Source: an uncultured Chloroflexia bacterium
GTDB taxonomy: Bacteria; Chloroflexota; Chloroflexia; QHBQ01; JADMIH01
Length of the DNA: 64,000 nt
Direction of reading: 5' to 3'
Assembly (NCBI GenBank): GCA_963797095.1
Contig: CAWCNY010000006.1
Coordinates: 448,001-512,000, forward strand
Below are positions 48,371 through 57,688 of this stretch, one piece after another. The position numbers and the translations under genes were made by a program. The notes below the pieces were generated by a model. The model was not told the origin of the DNA, ran no database searches, and worked only from the letters and a program-made list of their open reading frames with translations. The first letter of the stretch is position 1; each line of letters opens with the position of its first letter.

Positions 48371-50926
48371 CTATCTCGTTGCAGCAGCATAAGCCACAGC
48401 CTCTTCCAAAGGCATAGCGCGCCCCACCACCCAGGCCGCGTTGAATTCCGCATCGCTAAGCGATTCTCGAATCGAAGCGATGCTCGCGTCATATTCGGCC
48501 CGATATCGGGGAGACACTGGCGAACCCACCGACTCGCGCAGGGCATCCGCTACCCCAAAGAGGCGAGCTGCCTTCGCTGGCTGGCCCATTCGTGTAGCTA
48601 CCCTGCCGATTTCCTCAAAGACAAATGCTGTCATACCTATCGAGCCTTGCTCTATGAATACCGGCAGGCATTTGTTGAAGTTATCTGCCGCAAGTTTGAA
48701 ATCACCCAGGCCCAGAGCTGATTTGCCAACGAGACCCCAGATGTGAACCAGGTTGTTCCAGTCGCCTATCTCAGCACTGATGGCAGCGGCTTCTTCCGCG
48801 TAAGTGAGCGCCAGGCGGTAATCGCCCTGCTTCATAGTCAATACCCCCAGATTCTGGAGAGCGAGTGCAATTTCGATGGGTACCTCCAGGTCCCTCCCGA
48901 AAGCCAGCATCTGCTCGTTCAGGTCAATGGCCTGTGCCAGGTCCCCACGGGAAGATGCTAACCTCGCTAGCCCGGAAAGCGCTATTGCCATCTTAAACCC
49001 ATCACCTGTTTCTCTGGCTATTGATAAACCTTCTTGAGCTATTGTTGAGCCGTCGTCGAACTCTCCTAGGTCGGCGTAGACCTGGCTCAGCGTAAGTGCA
49101 AGATTGACTATAAATGACCTATCGTCCATGGTTCTGCATAACGCAACACCTTCGAGGAGATAGCGCTTGGCTGACGCAAGATCACCGTATCTGTAATAAA
49201 ACGCTCCTAGCGCGTTAAGGCCTTCCACCCTGGCCTCAACAGGCGTATCATCGTTATCGCTCTGCTCTATTGCCTGTTGGAGCCAGCGTCGCCCTTCCAC
49301 AATATGGTCCCTACGTATCCAGAAATGCCGCATCCCTGTAGCCATGCGCAACGCAAGTTCGTTTTGCCCGTTTTTGAGGGCCCAATCCAGGGCAACCCTG
49401 ATATTGTTGTAAACTGCCTCGGTGCGGTCCAGCCACAGTTTCTGATTCATCCCTCTCATTCCCCGCTCAGCGTCAAGGGCCAACCCCAGAAAATATCGGG
49501 CATGTTCCAGAGCTAGCAGATTCTCTTCGCCTGCTGCCTCCAATTGCTCCAGGGCAAACTCACGTACCGACAGCAGCATCGTGTAATAAGTGTCTGCGTC
49601 TGCGTCCGCATTTCGGCTTCCTCTGTTCGGCGATGCCGGTCCCTGCAAGCGCAGAAGGCTCTGATCGAGAATAGCTGCCATCCCATCAAGTGTAGCATCT
49701 GCCACCTGCTCCGCGGCTTCAAACGTGAACGAACCCGAGAAGATACTCAAGCGCCTGAACAGTCTTTGCTCCTCTTCCGATAGCAGTGCGTAGCTCAACT
49801 CCAGTGAGCTTCTCAATGTTCTGTGATGAGCGGGCACATCGCGTTGGCCTCTGGTCAATACAGCCAACTGTCGTTCGAGACGAGAAAGTAGCGACGGCAG
49901 GGACAGGATGCGTGTTCGGGCGGCGGCAAGCTCTATAGCCAGCGGTAGGCCTTCCAATCGAGCGCATATCGCCGCTACTACCGCTGCGTTTTCCGGCTGA
50001 ATCAAAAACTCGCTGTTGAAGTCGCGAACGCGCTCCTCGAAAAGGGCCACCGAACCTGTGCGTGCAAGCTCCTCCAGCTGAGGCAGGTGCTGGGGATCAG
50101 GCACTTCTAGAGGCATCACCTCTGCCAACTTCTCTCCCCGCAGGTGCAACGGCGAACGGCTTGTCACCAGCACTTTCAATTGTGGACCAACAGCCAGTAG
50201 ATCGCTAACGAACGGGGCCGCCGACACAACATGTTCAAAGTTGTCCAGCACCAGCAGCATTTGCTTATCACGCAAAACTTCTTGCAACCTCTCAATGAGG
50301 GCCTTCCCCTGCGCTTCACGCACACCTAGCCCTTCAGCAATTGTTGCTCCTACCAGGGTGGGATCAGAAATAGGTCCAAGAGGCACATAAAGCAGGCCAT
50401 TTTTGAAGTCGGCCTGAGCAGTATGGGCGAGAGCAATACCGAGGGTCGTCTTGCCGATACCGGGAGGCCCCACCAGGGTCAGCAATCGCGTGGTGGAGTG
50501 CCATAGGAGCGCCTTCAGATGAGCCAGGTCCTGCTCCCGGCCAATCAACTGGATCGGCAGAAACGGAAGATTAGCCTCATCCGTCGCTCTCCCTTGCGGG
50601 AGAGGCACAGAAACAATTCGTGGATTCTCAGGTTCGGGCGAAGTTGCTCTCGGTTCCTGGACAACTCCCGCAAAGGCGAGAGGAGCGGGATCTCCATTAC
50701 CTCTCGCCCAGAGGATGAAGGCTGCCCGATCCTGGGGGTCGATTTGCAGGTAATCAGCGAATACTTCCGTTATCTGGCGTGAGGGGCGGCGTTTGCCGGC
50801 TTCAATCTTGCGGATCGTGTCGGATGAATACCCGGTAGCATCTGCTACCGCTTCCTGAGTGAGGTCAAGCTCACGGCGGCGTTGCTTGAGCCACTGACCG
50901 AATGTTGGAGGCGACTCCATAGGCAT
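48371..50926 (-). CDS. XRE-HTH + NB-ARC + TPR regulator (STAND family)
   Basis: FGQWLKQRRRELDLTQE...IEAGKRRPS, GPPGIGKT, LLVLDNFEH, LEGLPLAIELAA, TPRs. Confidence 0.9.
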   Translation of the reverse strand: MPMESPPTFGQWLKQRRRELDLTQEAVADATGYSSDTIRKIEAGKRRPSRQITEVFADYLQIDPQDRAAFILWARGNGDPAPLAFAGVVQEPRATSPEPENPRIVSVPLPQGRATDEANLPFLPIQLIGREQDLAHLKALLWHSTTRLLTLVGPPGIGKTTLGIALAHTAQADFKNGLLYVPLGPISDPTLVGATIAEGLGVREAQGKALIERLQEVLRDKQMLLVLDNFEHVVSAAPFVSDLLAVGPQLKVLVTSRSPLHLRGEKLAEVMPLEVPDPQHLPQLEELARTGSVALFEERVRDFNSEFLIQPENAAVVAAICARLEGLPLAIELAAARTRILSLPSLLSRLERQLAVLTRGQRDVPAHHRTLRSSLELSYALLSEEEQRLFRRLSIFSGSFTFEAAEQVADATLDGMAAILDQSLLRLQGPASPNRGSRNADADADTYYTMLLSVREFALEQLEAAGEENLLALEHARYFLGLALDAERGMRGMNQKLWLDRTEAVYNNIRVALDWALKNGQNELALRMATGMRHFWIRRDHIVEGRRWLQQAIEQSDNDDTPVEARVEGLNALGAFYYRYGDLASAKRYLLEGVALCRTMDDRSFIVNLALTLSQVYADLGEFDDGSTIAQEGLSIARETGDGFKMAIALSGLARLASSRGDLAQAIDLNEQMLAFGRDLEVPIEIALALQNLGVLTMKQGDYRLALTYAEEAAAISAEIGDWNNLVHIWGLVGKSALGLGDFKLAADNFNKCLPVFIEQGSIGMTAFVFEEIGRVATRMGQPAKAARLFGVADALRESVGSPVSPRYRAEYDASIASIRESLSDAEFNAAWVVGRAMPLEEAVAYAAATR

Positions 50927-51083
50927 ACTCGCCAAGTGCTCGGAATATGACAACTTGCCCAACAATTGCACCGATTATAGCACAGTACGCCCCTCTTTCG
51001 GACGCTCTAAATGTTGCCGGAACGTCCGAATTGTCGCTCAACTATGAGAAACATCCCAGTATTTCGATGCAGTTTTGCCTCTC

Positions 51084-52124
51084 TTAGAACACTTTCTTAA
51101 GAAGGGAAAGCGCCCCCTGCCCCCACGGCACACGGTGCGACACCCCGCTCTTGTTCTCGAACTGGGGCAGATGGTCCACATACCACTGGTAATTTCGTAT
51201 GAGGGCATCCTTATTTGAGTAAAGAGGCTTGTAACCAAGAGCACGCTCAGCCTTCTCTATTGAAACAAAAGAGTCCTTGGATGCGGTCTCATACACCCAC
51301 TTGTAGAGAGGCGAGAGGTGCAGGCGTTCGAGTACGCGCAAGGCCATGATAGCCGGGCCTGCGGGAAAGCCTATGATACGCTTGCCCTTGCCCGCGTAAT
51401 CGAGCACGGCCTGGTAATCGCCGCGCATAGTGGTGAACACTTTCGCGCCCACATTGAACGTGTCGTTCACCGTTTCATCAGGCAGCGTCATACAAAGATA
51501 GATAGCCTGGCACAGGTCTTCCACGTCGAGCAACTGGTAGCGGTTCTTCCCTGAGCCGATCATGGGGAAGTTGTGCCCCGTTAGCGCCCAATCGTAGAGC
51601 ATGGCAAATACTCCCAACCGCTCAGGCCCCACGAACGACTTGGGCCGGATGATCGGCACGACCATCCCTTTGCCCCTGTATTCGAGGCACACCATCTCGG
51701 CCTGTATCTTGGCCTGCCCGTATGGTCCCACACCCTCCAGCTTATCGTCTTCGTACAGCGGGTGATGGTCGGGGATGCCGTACACAGCCGTAGATGAAAT
51801 CATCACGAAGCGGGCCACATTGTGGCTGTGCGCCACCTCAAGGAGCATGCGCGTCCCTTCCACATCGGTAGTGTAAATATCCTTGGGCGAGTACAATGGG
51901 AGCGCGGCGGCGGTATGCACCACCTGGTCAACCTCGCACATCGCCTTTTCGACATCTTTCTTGTTGCGGATATCCCCTTTAACGACCGTGATCTTGTCCT
52001 TCATATCGGGATAGTCGAAATCGGCCATGTCGAGGGAAACGCATTGGTGGCCTCGCTCGTGCAGGTAACGGATAAGATTGATGCCGAGGAAGCCGGCCCC
52101 GCCTGTTATTAGTACTTTCATCAT
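51084..52124 (-). CDS. NAD-dependent epimerase/dehydratase (extended SDR)
   Basis: ITGGAGFLG, ISSTAVYG, YGQAK. Confidence 0.9.
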   Translation of the reverse strand: MMKVLITGGAGFLGINLIRYLHERGHQCVSLDMADFDYPDMKDKITVVKGDIRNKKDVEKAMCEVDQVVHTAAALPLYSPKDIYTTDVEGTRMLLEVAHSHNVARFVMISSTAVYGIPDHHPLYEDDKLEGVGPYGQAKIQAEMVCLEYRGKGMVVPIIRPKSFVGPERLGVFAMLYDWALTGHNFPMIGSGKNRYQLLDVEDLCQAIYLCMTLPDETVNDTFNVGAKVFTTMRGDYQAVLDYAGKGKRIIGFPAGPAIMALRVLERLHLSPLYKWVYETASKDSFVSIEKAERALGYKPLYSNKDALIRNYQWYVDHLPQFENKSGVSHRVPWGQGALSLLKKVF

Positions 52125-52154
52125 TCTCCTCTAGCTTGGATTATTTCGCCCCGC

Positions 52155-52532
52155 TTAACAGGGGTTGTATGTGGGAATGTCCTCTATTCGATAAAACACC
52201 TGCTGCCCCAGCGAGCGAGCAAGGTCTACCATACCATCCGCTCCCGCAGATGGCCCGCCAATGCGCAAGCATGCATCGCAGCGAGTAGCGATAGCATGCG
52301 CCACAGGGTGGAAGATCTCCGTGAATATCTCATCGCCCAGGCCTTTGGACTCCGCTGTTTCGATAAGCGGCAGCGCCAACCACTCACCGAGCATGGGGAT
52401 GTGGCCCATATGGTACACCGCGAGGGCAGCCCGGTTCATCGCCTCCACGTTTTCGGCGATCAACTTTGGGTCATCGTTGGGGCCGGATCGGTATGGCCCG
52501 GCGATCAGGATCATCAGTTGTTTATCTTGCAC
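52155..52532 (-). CDS. DUF4406-like (nucleoside deoxyribosyltransferase-fold) protein
   Basis: ILIAGPYRSG...GEWLALPL...CDACLRIGGPSAGAD; start uncertain. Confidence 0.7.
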   Translation of the reverse strand: MQDKQLMILIAGPYRSGPNDDPKLIAENVEAMNRAALAVYHMGHIPMLGEWLALPLIETAESKGLGDEIFTEIFHPVAHAIATRCDACLRIGGPSAGADGMVDLARSLGQQVFYRIEDIPTYNPC

Positions 52533-52555
52533 AATGCTTACCTGTGTGCATGCCC

Positions 52556-54391
52556 CTACCACTTTTCGCCCAGTTCCTGGCGGGTCCTTATCTGGTCCTC
52601 GAAGATCACCACCTGCTCTTGCGGGCGGTCCTCGGTGATCTGGCCCTCGGGGTCCTGCCACGGCCTCCCCAGGATCTCGTTCTCCACCTCTATGTTGGCA
52701 TCATCCAGCTTATCGAACAAGGGTGTTGGCTCGATGTCAATCTTCTGCCCGGCAGGCAGCGTGACACCTGCCCACCTCTCTTTCGATACATCTCCTTCGT
52801 AGCCAAGCATCTCGTGCAGCTTTTGCGCCGAGAACGGTAAGAAGGGTGCGGTAAGCACCTTCAGGTTGTTGATCACCGACAGGACCACATACAGCGATGT
52901 GGCAGCCCGTTCTCGGTCTGTCTTGATAGTCTTCCAGGGCGCGGTTTCGTCCAGGTAGCGGTTGGCCTCTCCAGCCAAGGCCATCACCTCGCGCAACGCA
53001 TCCTTGAATTTGCACAACTCGAGCAGGCCTCCCACTTTGTCAAACGTGGCCTCGGTGCTTTCAAGCAGCGCCTTGTCTGCCTCGTTGAGATCGCCCGGCG
53101 TGGGCACGGTCGCGTCGAAGTTGCGTGCCGTGAAGGTCAGCATGCGGTGTACCAGGTTGCCGTATGTAGCTACCAACTCGTCGTTGTTGCGGCGGTAGAA
53201 CTCGGCCCACGAAAACGCGGTGTCGCGTGTCTCGGGTGCGTTGGCTGTGAGGAAGTAGCGCAGCGGATCGGGCTTGTACCGATCCAGGTAGTCCGGCAAC
53301 CACGGCACGCCCCCGCCGCCGCGAGATGTGCTCCCTTTCTCTCCCGTTTCGCCGGTCAGGAACTCGTTGGCGGGTATGTCGTAGGGAAGCATGTGCCCCC
53401 CGTACCCGATCAGCATGGAAGGCCAGATGATCGCGTGGAATGAGATATTGTCCTTGCCAATGAAGTAATACGAGCGGCTTGGCGCGGGCTTGCCCTCCTC
53501 CTGGAGCCACCACTCTTTCCATGCATCGGCGTCGCCCCTGAGCATGGCCCACTCTTTGGCGGCAGATAGGTATCCGCACACCGCGTCAAACCACACATAG
53601 ATGCGCTTGTCCTCTTGATGATCGAGATGCTCGCCAACCTCAGGGATCGGCACGCCGTAATTAAGGTCGCGTGTGTAAGCGCGTGCTCTCAGCCCTTCGC
53701 GTATCCAGTTGAAGGCGAAGCCCGCCACGTTAGGCCGCAACTGGTCCTTCTTAGTGTCGAGCCATCCGAGAAGTGGTCCCTCTAACTTGGGCAGATCGAG
53801 GAAGAAGTGCTCGCTCTGGCGGAATTCGGGTGTGCTGCCGCACAATCGACACCGAATATTTATCAAGTCGATAGGATCGAGCGGTCGTCCGCAATTATCG
53901 CACTGGTCGCCGCGCGCGAACTGGTAACCGCAGTAGGGGCAGGTGCCCTCGACATAGCGGTCAGGCAAGAAGCGCTTGTCTACCAGGCAATAGGGCGCTA
54001 TGGTGCTATCCTTATATACATATCCCTTCTCAAATAGAGTGCGGAAGATATCCTGCACCACCTCTATGTGGATGGGCGTGGAAGTGGTGCTGAACAGGTC
54101 ATAGGTGAAGCCCATCGCGTGCCACAGTTGGACGTTGAGCCGGTGCATACGCGCAGCCCAGGTAGCAGGGGAGACGTTCGCTCCCTCGGCGGCCACCATT
54201 ATAGGGGTGCCGTTCATGTCGGAGCCGGATACCATCAGCACGCGGTTCCCCTTCATGCGGTGGTAGCGTGCGAAGATATCGGGTGGCAAATATGCTCCCG
54301 CGATGTGGCCCAGGTGGCGCGGCCCGCTTGCGTAAGGCCACGCGACGGCGATAAAGATCTTTTCTGGTTCGTGATTAGTCTTGTCTGTCAT
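52556..54391 (-). CDS. metG: Methionyl-tRNA synthetase
   Basis: AWPYASGPRHLGH, zinc knuckles, YVWFDA, IGKDN, NNDELVATYGN, YLDETAPWK. Confidence 0.95.
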   Translation of the reverse strand: MTDKTNHEPEKIFIAVAWPYASGPRHLGHIAGAYLPPDIFARYHRMKGNRVLMVSGSDMNGTPIMVAAEGANVSPATWAARMHRLNVQLWHAMGFTYDLFSTTSTPIHIEVVQDIFRTLFEKGYVYKDSTIAPYCLVDKRFLPDRYVEGTCPYCGYQFARGDQCDNCGRPLDPIDLINIRCRLCGSTPEFRQSEHFFLDLPKLEGPLLGWLDTKKDQLRPNVAGFAFNWIREGLRARAYTRDLNYGVPIPEVGEHLDHQEDKRIYVWFDAVCGYLSAAKEWAMLRGDADAWKEWWLQEEGKPAPSRSYYFIGKDNISFHAIIWPSMLIGYGGHMLPYDIPANEFLTGETGEKGSTSRGGGGVPWLPDYLDRYKPDPLRYFLTANAPETRDTAFSWAEFYRRNNDELVATYGNLVHRMLTFTARNFDATVPTPGDLNEADKALLESTEATFDKVGGLLELCKFKDALREVMALAGEANRYLDETAPWKTIKTDRERAATSLYVVLSVINNLKVLTAPFLPFSAQKLHEMLGYEGDVSKERWAGVTLPAGQKIDIEPTPLFDKLDDANIEVENEILGRPWQDPEGQITEDRPQEQVVIFEDQIRTRQELGEKW

Positions 54392-54608
54392 AGATATTTT
54401 ATTCTTGAATATCGGAATGAGAATTGGTTTTGTGCGTGCGCATAAAATGGGGCGTACAGAATATTATATAACATCCGGCAAGTTGATGCGCGCTATCCCC
54501 GCACGGCGTACCCCCTGCTCCCAAAAAATCACCCGAAAGTATGAGTAGAATCCTGTCCCGGATCGTCTGGCAATTGCCATTATTAAAGTAGAGGGAGAAA
54601 AAGGACGG

Positions 54609-55466
54609 TTATCGCTGGCCTGTGCTAGCTGGCTTGCGCTTGTACAACCCACGCAAATCGTTCATCCGCACCTTCGCGATGTCCTTCAGCATCCGGTACG
54701 AGTCCTTGATCGGGTTGACGTTCGCGCCCTTTGAGTAGAACCAGCGCACGGGCACTTCCTTCACCTTGTAGCCCCATTTGAGGGCCAAATAGAGCACCTC
54801 AACGTCAAATCCCGTTACCATAGCGCCCTGCACATCGGGCGTGTTATCGCCATAGAGATGCACAGCCTTGAACAACAGATGGGCCGCATCACGCCGGAAC
54901 GCTTTGAACCCGCATTGGGTATCGCTGAACTGCGGAAGAGCCACTAACTTCACAAAGGTGTTGAACACGCGGCCCATCAGGTGGCGGTAGAAAGGCTCGT
55001 CATACCGGACCGACCCCTTGCCCTCCCGCGACCCCATAGCAATGTCATACTTGCCTTCGAGGTACTTAAGTAGCTTCTCAACTTCTTCTATAGGCGCGGA
55101 GAAATCGGCGTCCGAATAGAGGATGTAGCTGCCACTTGCCGCCAGCATTCCCGTGCGAACGGCGTAGCCCTTGCCCCGGTGGGGGTTTCTTATGATGCGG
55201 ATCGCCGACTGTTCTGAGCGGAGTGTCGTATCGGCGGCGAATTGTTCCGCCAGTTGCGCCGTGTCATCGTCGGAACCATCGTCCACCACGATCACTTCAT
55301 AGGAGTAGCTCCTGCCCTCCAGGTAATCAATCACCTTGCTGAGCGACGCAGGCAGGCGGGTCAACTCGTTGTAGGCTGGGATGACAACCGATAAATAGAG
55401 GCCATCCGGTTGCGGACCGTCGGTTGTAGGTGGTTGGTTGTCGGTTTGGGGCTGGGCGCTCGTCAT
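54609..55466 (-). CDS. GT2 polyprenyl-phosphate glycosyltransferase (Alg5/DPG-synthase-like)
   Basis: SVVIPAYNE, VDDGSDD, GKGYAVRTG, SDAD, DTQCGFK, FDVE. Confidence 0.9.
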   Translation of the reverse strand: MTSAQPQTDNQPPTTDGPQPDGLYLSVVIPAYNELTRLPASLSKVIDYLEGRSYSYEVIVVDDGSDDDTAQLAEQFAADTTLRSEQSAIRIIRNPHRGKGYAVRTGMLAASGSYILYSDADFSAPIEEVEKLLKYLEGKYDIAMGSREGKGSVRYDEPFYRHLMGRVFNTFVKLVALPQFSDTQCGFKAFRRDAAHLLFKAVHLYGDNTPDVQGAMVTGFDVEVLYLALKWGYKVKEVPVRWFYSKGANVNPIKDSYRMLKDIAKVRMNDLRGLYKRKPASTGQR

Positions 55467-55670
55467 GCGGGCTGGGACCTCTAGCGCGTGAATACGCGCC
55501 CGTCAGTGGGCGGGGCGCGCTGGGAAGAGTATAACACAGGGGATATAGAGGCGCAAAGTAACTCGCCAGGGGCTATTCCGGATGCTGTACACTAGTTGCG
55601 AATGGGTAGAGACCCAGAGCTATCATTGTCGTACGTCTTCCTTCGGCGAGGATTCGGAAAGGGTGCAAGT

Positions 55671-57467
55671 ATGTATTCAATGCGTGAGCACACTCATATA
55701 AGACGCACAGTCTGGTTCGCTATCACATTGGCAGCCCTGGCATGGATGCTGTTCATGCTGACGCAAGCGCACAATGTGAGCGCCGGATCAACTCCTCTTG
55801 GGAGCGCCACAGAGACGGCATCGCCCACGATCACGCCTGCTCCCGGCTGTTCGTCTACCTGGATTGAAAAGGCCCCCCTCCCGAGAGGGGTTATGGGTGA
55901 GTCGGTCGCGGTGAGCGGCGGCTACCTCTACAGCCTCGGTGGGCGCGATTTCACCTACACCAATCTAGCTACCACCTCCCGCTACGACCCAGCAACCGAT
56001 AGCTGGATCGGATTGGCCGATATGCCTGCTCCGCGCAACTGGGCTGCGGCGACCGCGCTCGGCGGCTACATCTACCTAGTGAATGGCTCCGAGGGGGCGG
56101 GCCCTTTGAACACCGTCTTCCGTTACGACATAGCAGGCGACTCTTGGACCGCTATCACACCGACGCTTGGGTATACCTACGGGCCTGCGGTCGTGGCTCT
56201 CAATAATAATATCTACAGGATCGGCGGGCTGGACGACCAGGGCGTATTCACAAGCAGCGTGGAAATACTGGGACAGGGTTTTGTCGCGCCAATGCCTGAG
56301 GGGCGTGCCTGGGAAGCGGCAGTGGCCCTCGATGGTTATATCTATGTGGCCGGGGGTAGCGGCAAAATCGGCTACTCGAACAAGACATTCCGGTACGACC
56401 CATCCACTGATAGCTGGAGCGACACCGCTATCGCCGACCTGCCCGAAGTTAAGGCGTTTTCGGCGGCGGGTGCGCTGGATGGGCAATTCGTAGTAGCAGG
56501 TGGCGGCGATGACTACAGTAGTGTATGGGCCTGGGATCCTCTTAGCGATACATGGGAGAGCCTGCCGCCCCTGCTCTATCCCCGGTTCAATATGCCGGGC
56601 GCTGTACTGGGGAACGTGATGCATGTGCTTGGCGGCATCAATGACACGCTGCCAACCGATACACACCAGCAGTACGAAGCACCGGTGTGCCCCACCGCCA
56701 CCCCAACGGCCACAATCAGCCCCACGGGCACATCTACGCCATCAGTCACAAGCACCGCCACCGCAACGGCTACAAGCACTTCAACCCCAACGTCTACCAT
56801 CATCGCAACAGCAACAACCGGCCCATCATCTACGCCCACAATATGTCCCATCCAGTTCAGTGATGTACCCACACAGCACACTTTCTATCCCTATATCCGC
56901 TGTCTGGCTTGCCTGGGCATAGTGTCCGGTTACGATGACGGCACATTCAGGCCCGGAAACAACGTCACCAGAGGTCAGATAGCGAAGATCGTATCGAACG
57001 GCGCGGGATTCGCGGAACCTGTCAGCACATGGACATTCGAGGACGTGCCGCCCGGCTCGACCTTCTACATATTCACGGAGAGGCTGGCAAGCCGAGGCAT
57101 CATGCAAGGGTACCCCTGCGGCAACCCTGAGCCGTGCGTTGGCCCAACAAACCGCCCCTACTTCAGGCCCAACAGCAACGCCACCAGGGGCCAGCTAACC
57201 AAGATAGTCTCCCGGGCCGCAGGGTTCGCAGACCCACCCTCATCCCAAACCTTCGAGGATGTGCCGCCCGGCTCGACCTTCTACACATCCACGGAGAGGC
57301 TGGCAAGCCGAGGCATCATGCAAGGGTACCCCTGCGGCAACCCTGAGCCGTGTGTGCCGCCCCTCCAAAGGCCATATTTTAGGCCAGGCAACAGCGTAAC
57401 GCGAGGCCAGACGACCAAGATCGTTGCCAACACATTCTTCCCCGATTGCAACACTCCATCTCGCTAG
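55671..57467 (+). CDS. Secreted kelch-repeat protein with a Thr-rich linker and C-terminal SLH-like module
   Basis: Signal peptide; GGYLYSLGG/YDP..W kelch repeats; FSDVP...[18 protein letters not shown]-type repeat x3. Confidence 0.85.
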   Translation: MYSMREHTHIRRTVWFAITLAALAWMLFMLTQAHNVSAGSTPLGSATETASPTITPAPGCSSTWIEKAPLPRGVMGESVAVSGGYLYSLGGRDFTYTNLATTSRYDPATDSWIGLADMPAPRNWAAATALGGYIYLVNGSEGAGPLNTVFRYDIAGDSWTAITPTLGYTYGPAVVALNNNIYRIGGLDDQGVFTSSVEILGQGFVAPMPEGRAWEAAVALDGYIYVAGGSGKIGYSNKTFRYDPSTDSWSDTAIADLPEVKAFSAAGALDGQFVVAGGGDDYSSVWAWDPLSDTWESLPPLLYPRFNMPGAVLGNVMHVLGGINDTLPTDTHQQYEAPVCPTATPTATISPTGTSTPSVTSTATATATSTSTPTSTIIATATTGPSSTPTICPIQFSDVPTQHTFYPYIRCLACLGIVSGYDDGTFRPGNNVTRGQIAKIVSNGAGFAEPVSTWTFEDVPPGSTFYIFTERLASRGIMQGYPCGNPEPCVGPTNRPYFRPNSNATRGQLTKIVSRAAGFADPPSSQTFEDVPPGSTFYTSTERLASRGIMQGYPCGNPEPCVPPLQRPYFRPGNSVTRGQTTKIVANTFFPDCNTPSR

Positions 57468-57688
57468 GAGTGAGCACTCAGGGTTGATTGTGGATAAGTA
57501 GCGTTAGTAATAATGGGGGATAGCGAACGTGGACACCGTGGTATATATGGGGGATAGTGGACAGGGATGATGCGGGTTTATAATGAGTGCGTTCGCCTGG
57601 ATGGTGGCGCACCCGTGGTCTGTGCGCCAGGTGGTCGGGGGTGGTTGGGCAATAGATGTTCCCAAAGAGCGAGCTTTGAGGTAACCAT

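Noticed and set aside
16871-50926. NB-ARC/TPR proteins as Avs-type antiphage systems
   Set aside because: Their N-termini are DNA-binding regulator domains (SARP wHTH-BTAD, XRE), not effector nucleases or proteases.
54392-54608. Possible T-box or SAM riboswitch upstream of metG
   Set aside because: AGGGGGTACGCCG only loosely resembles the T-box core and lies upstream of the apparent TATAAT; no specifier stem or terminator seen.
57036-57352. Diversity-generating retroelement TR/VR pair
   Set aside because: No reverse transcriptase in the window; mismatches are C/T, not adenine-specific on the coding strand; both copies are in-frame domain repeats.
57489-57497. Perfect DnaA box TGTGGATAA
   Set aside because: Single isolated copy; compatible with chance in 64 kb.
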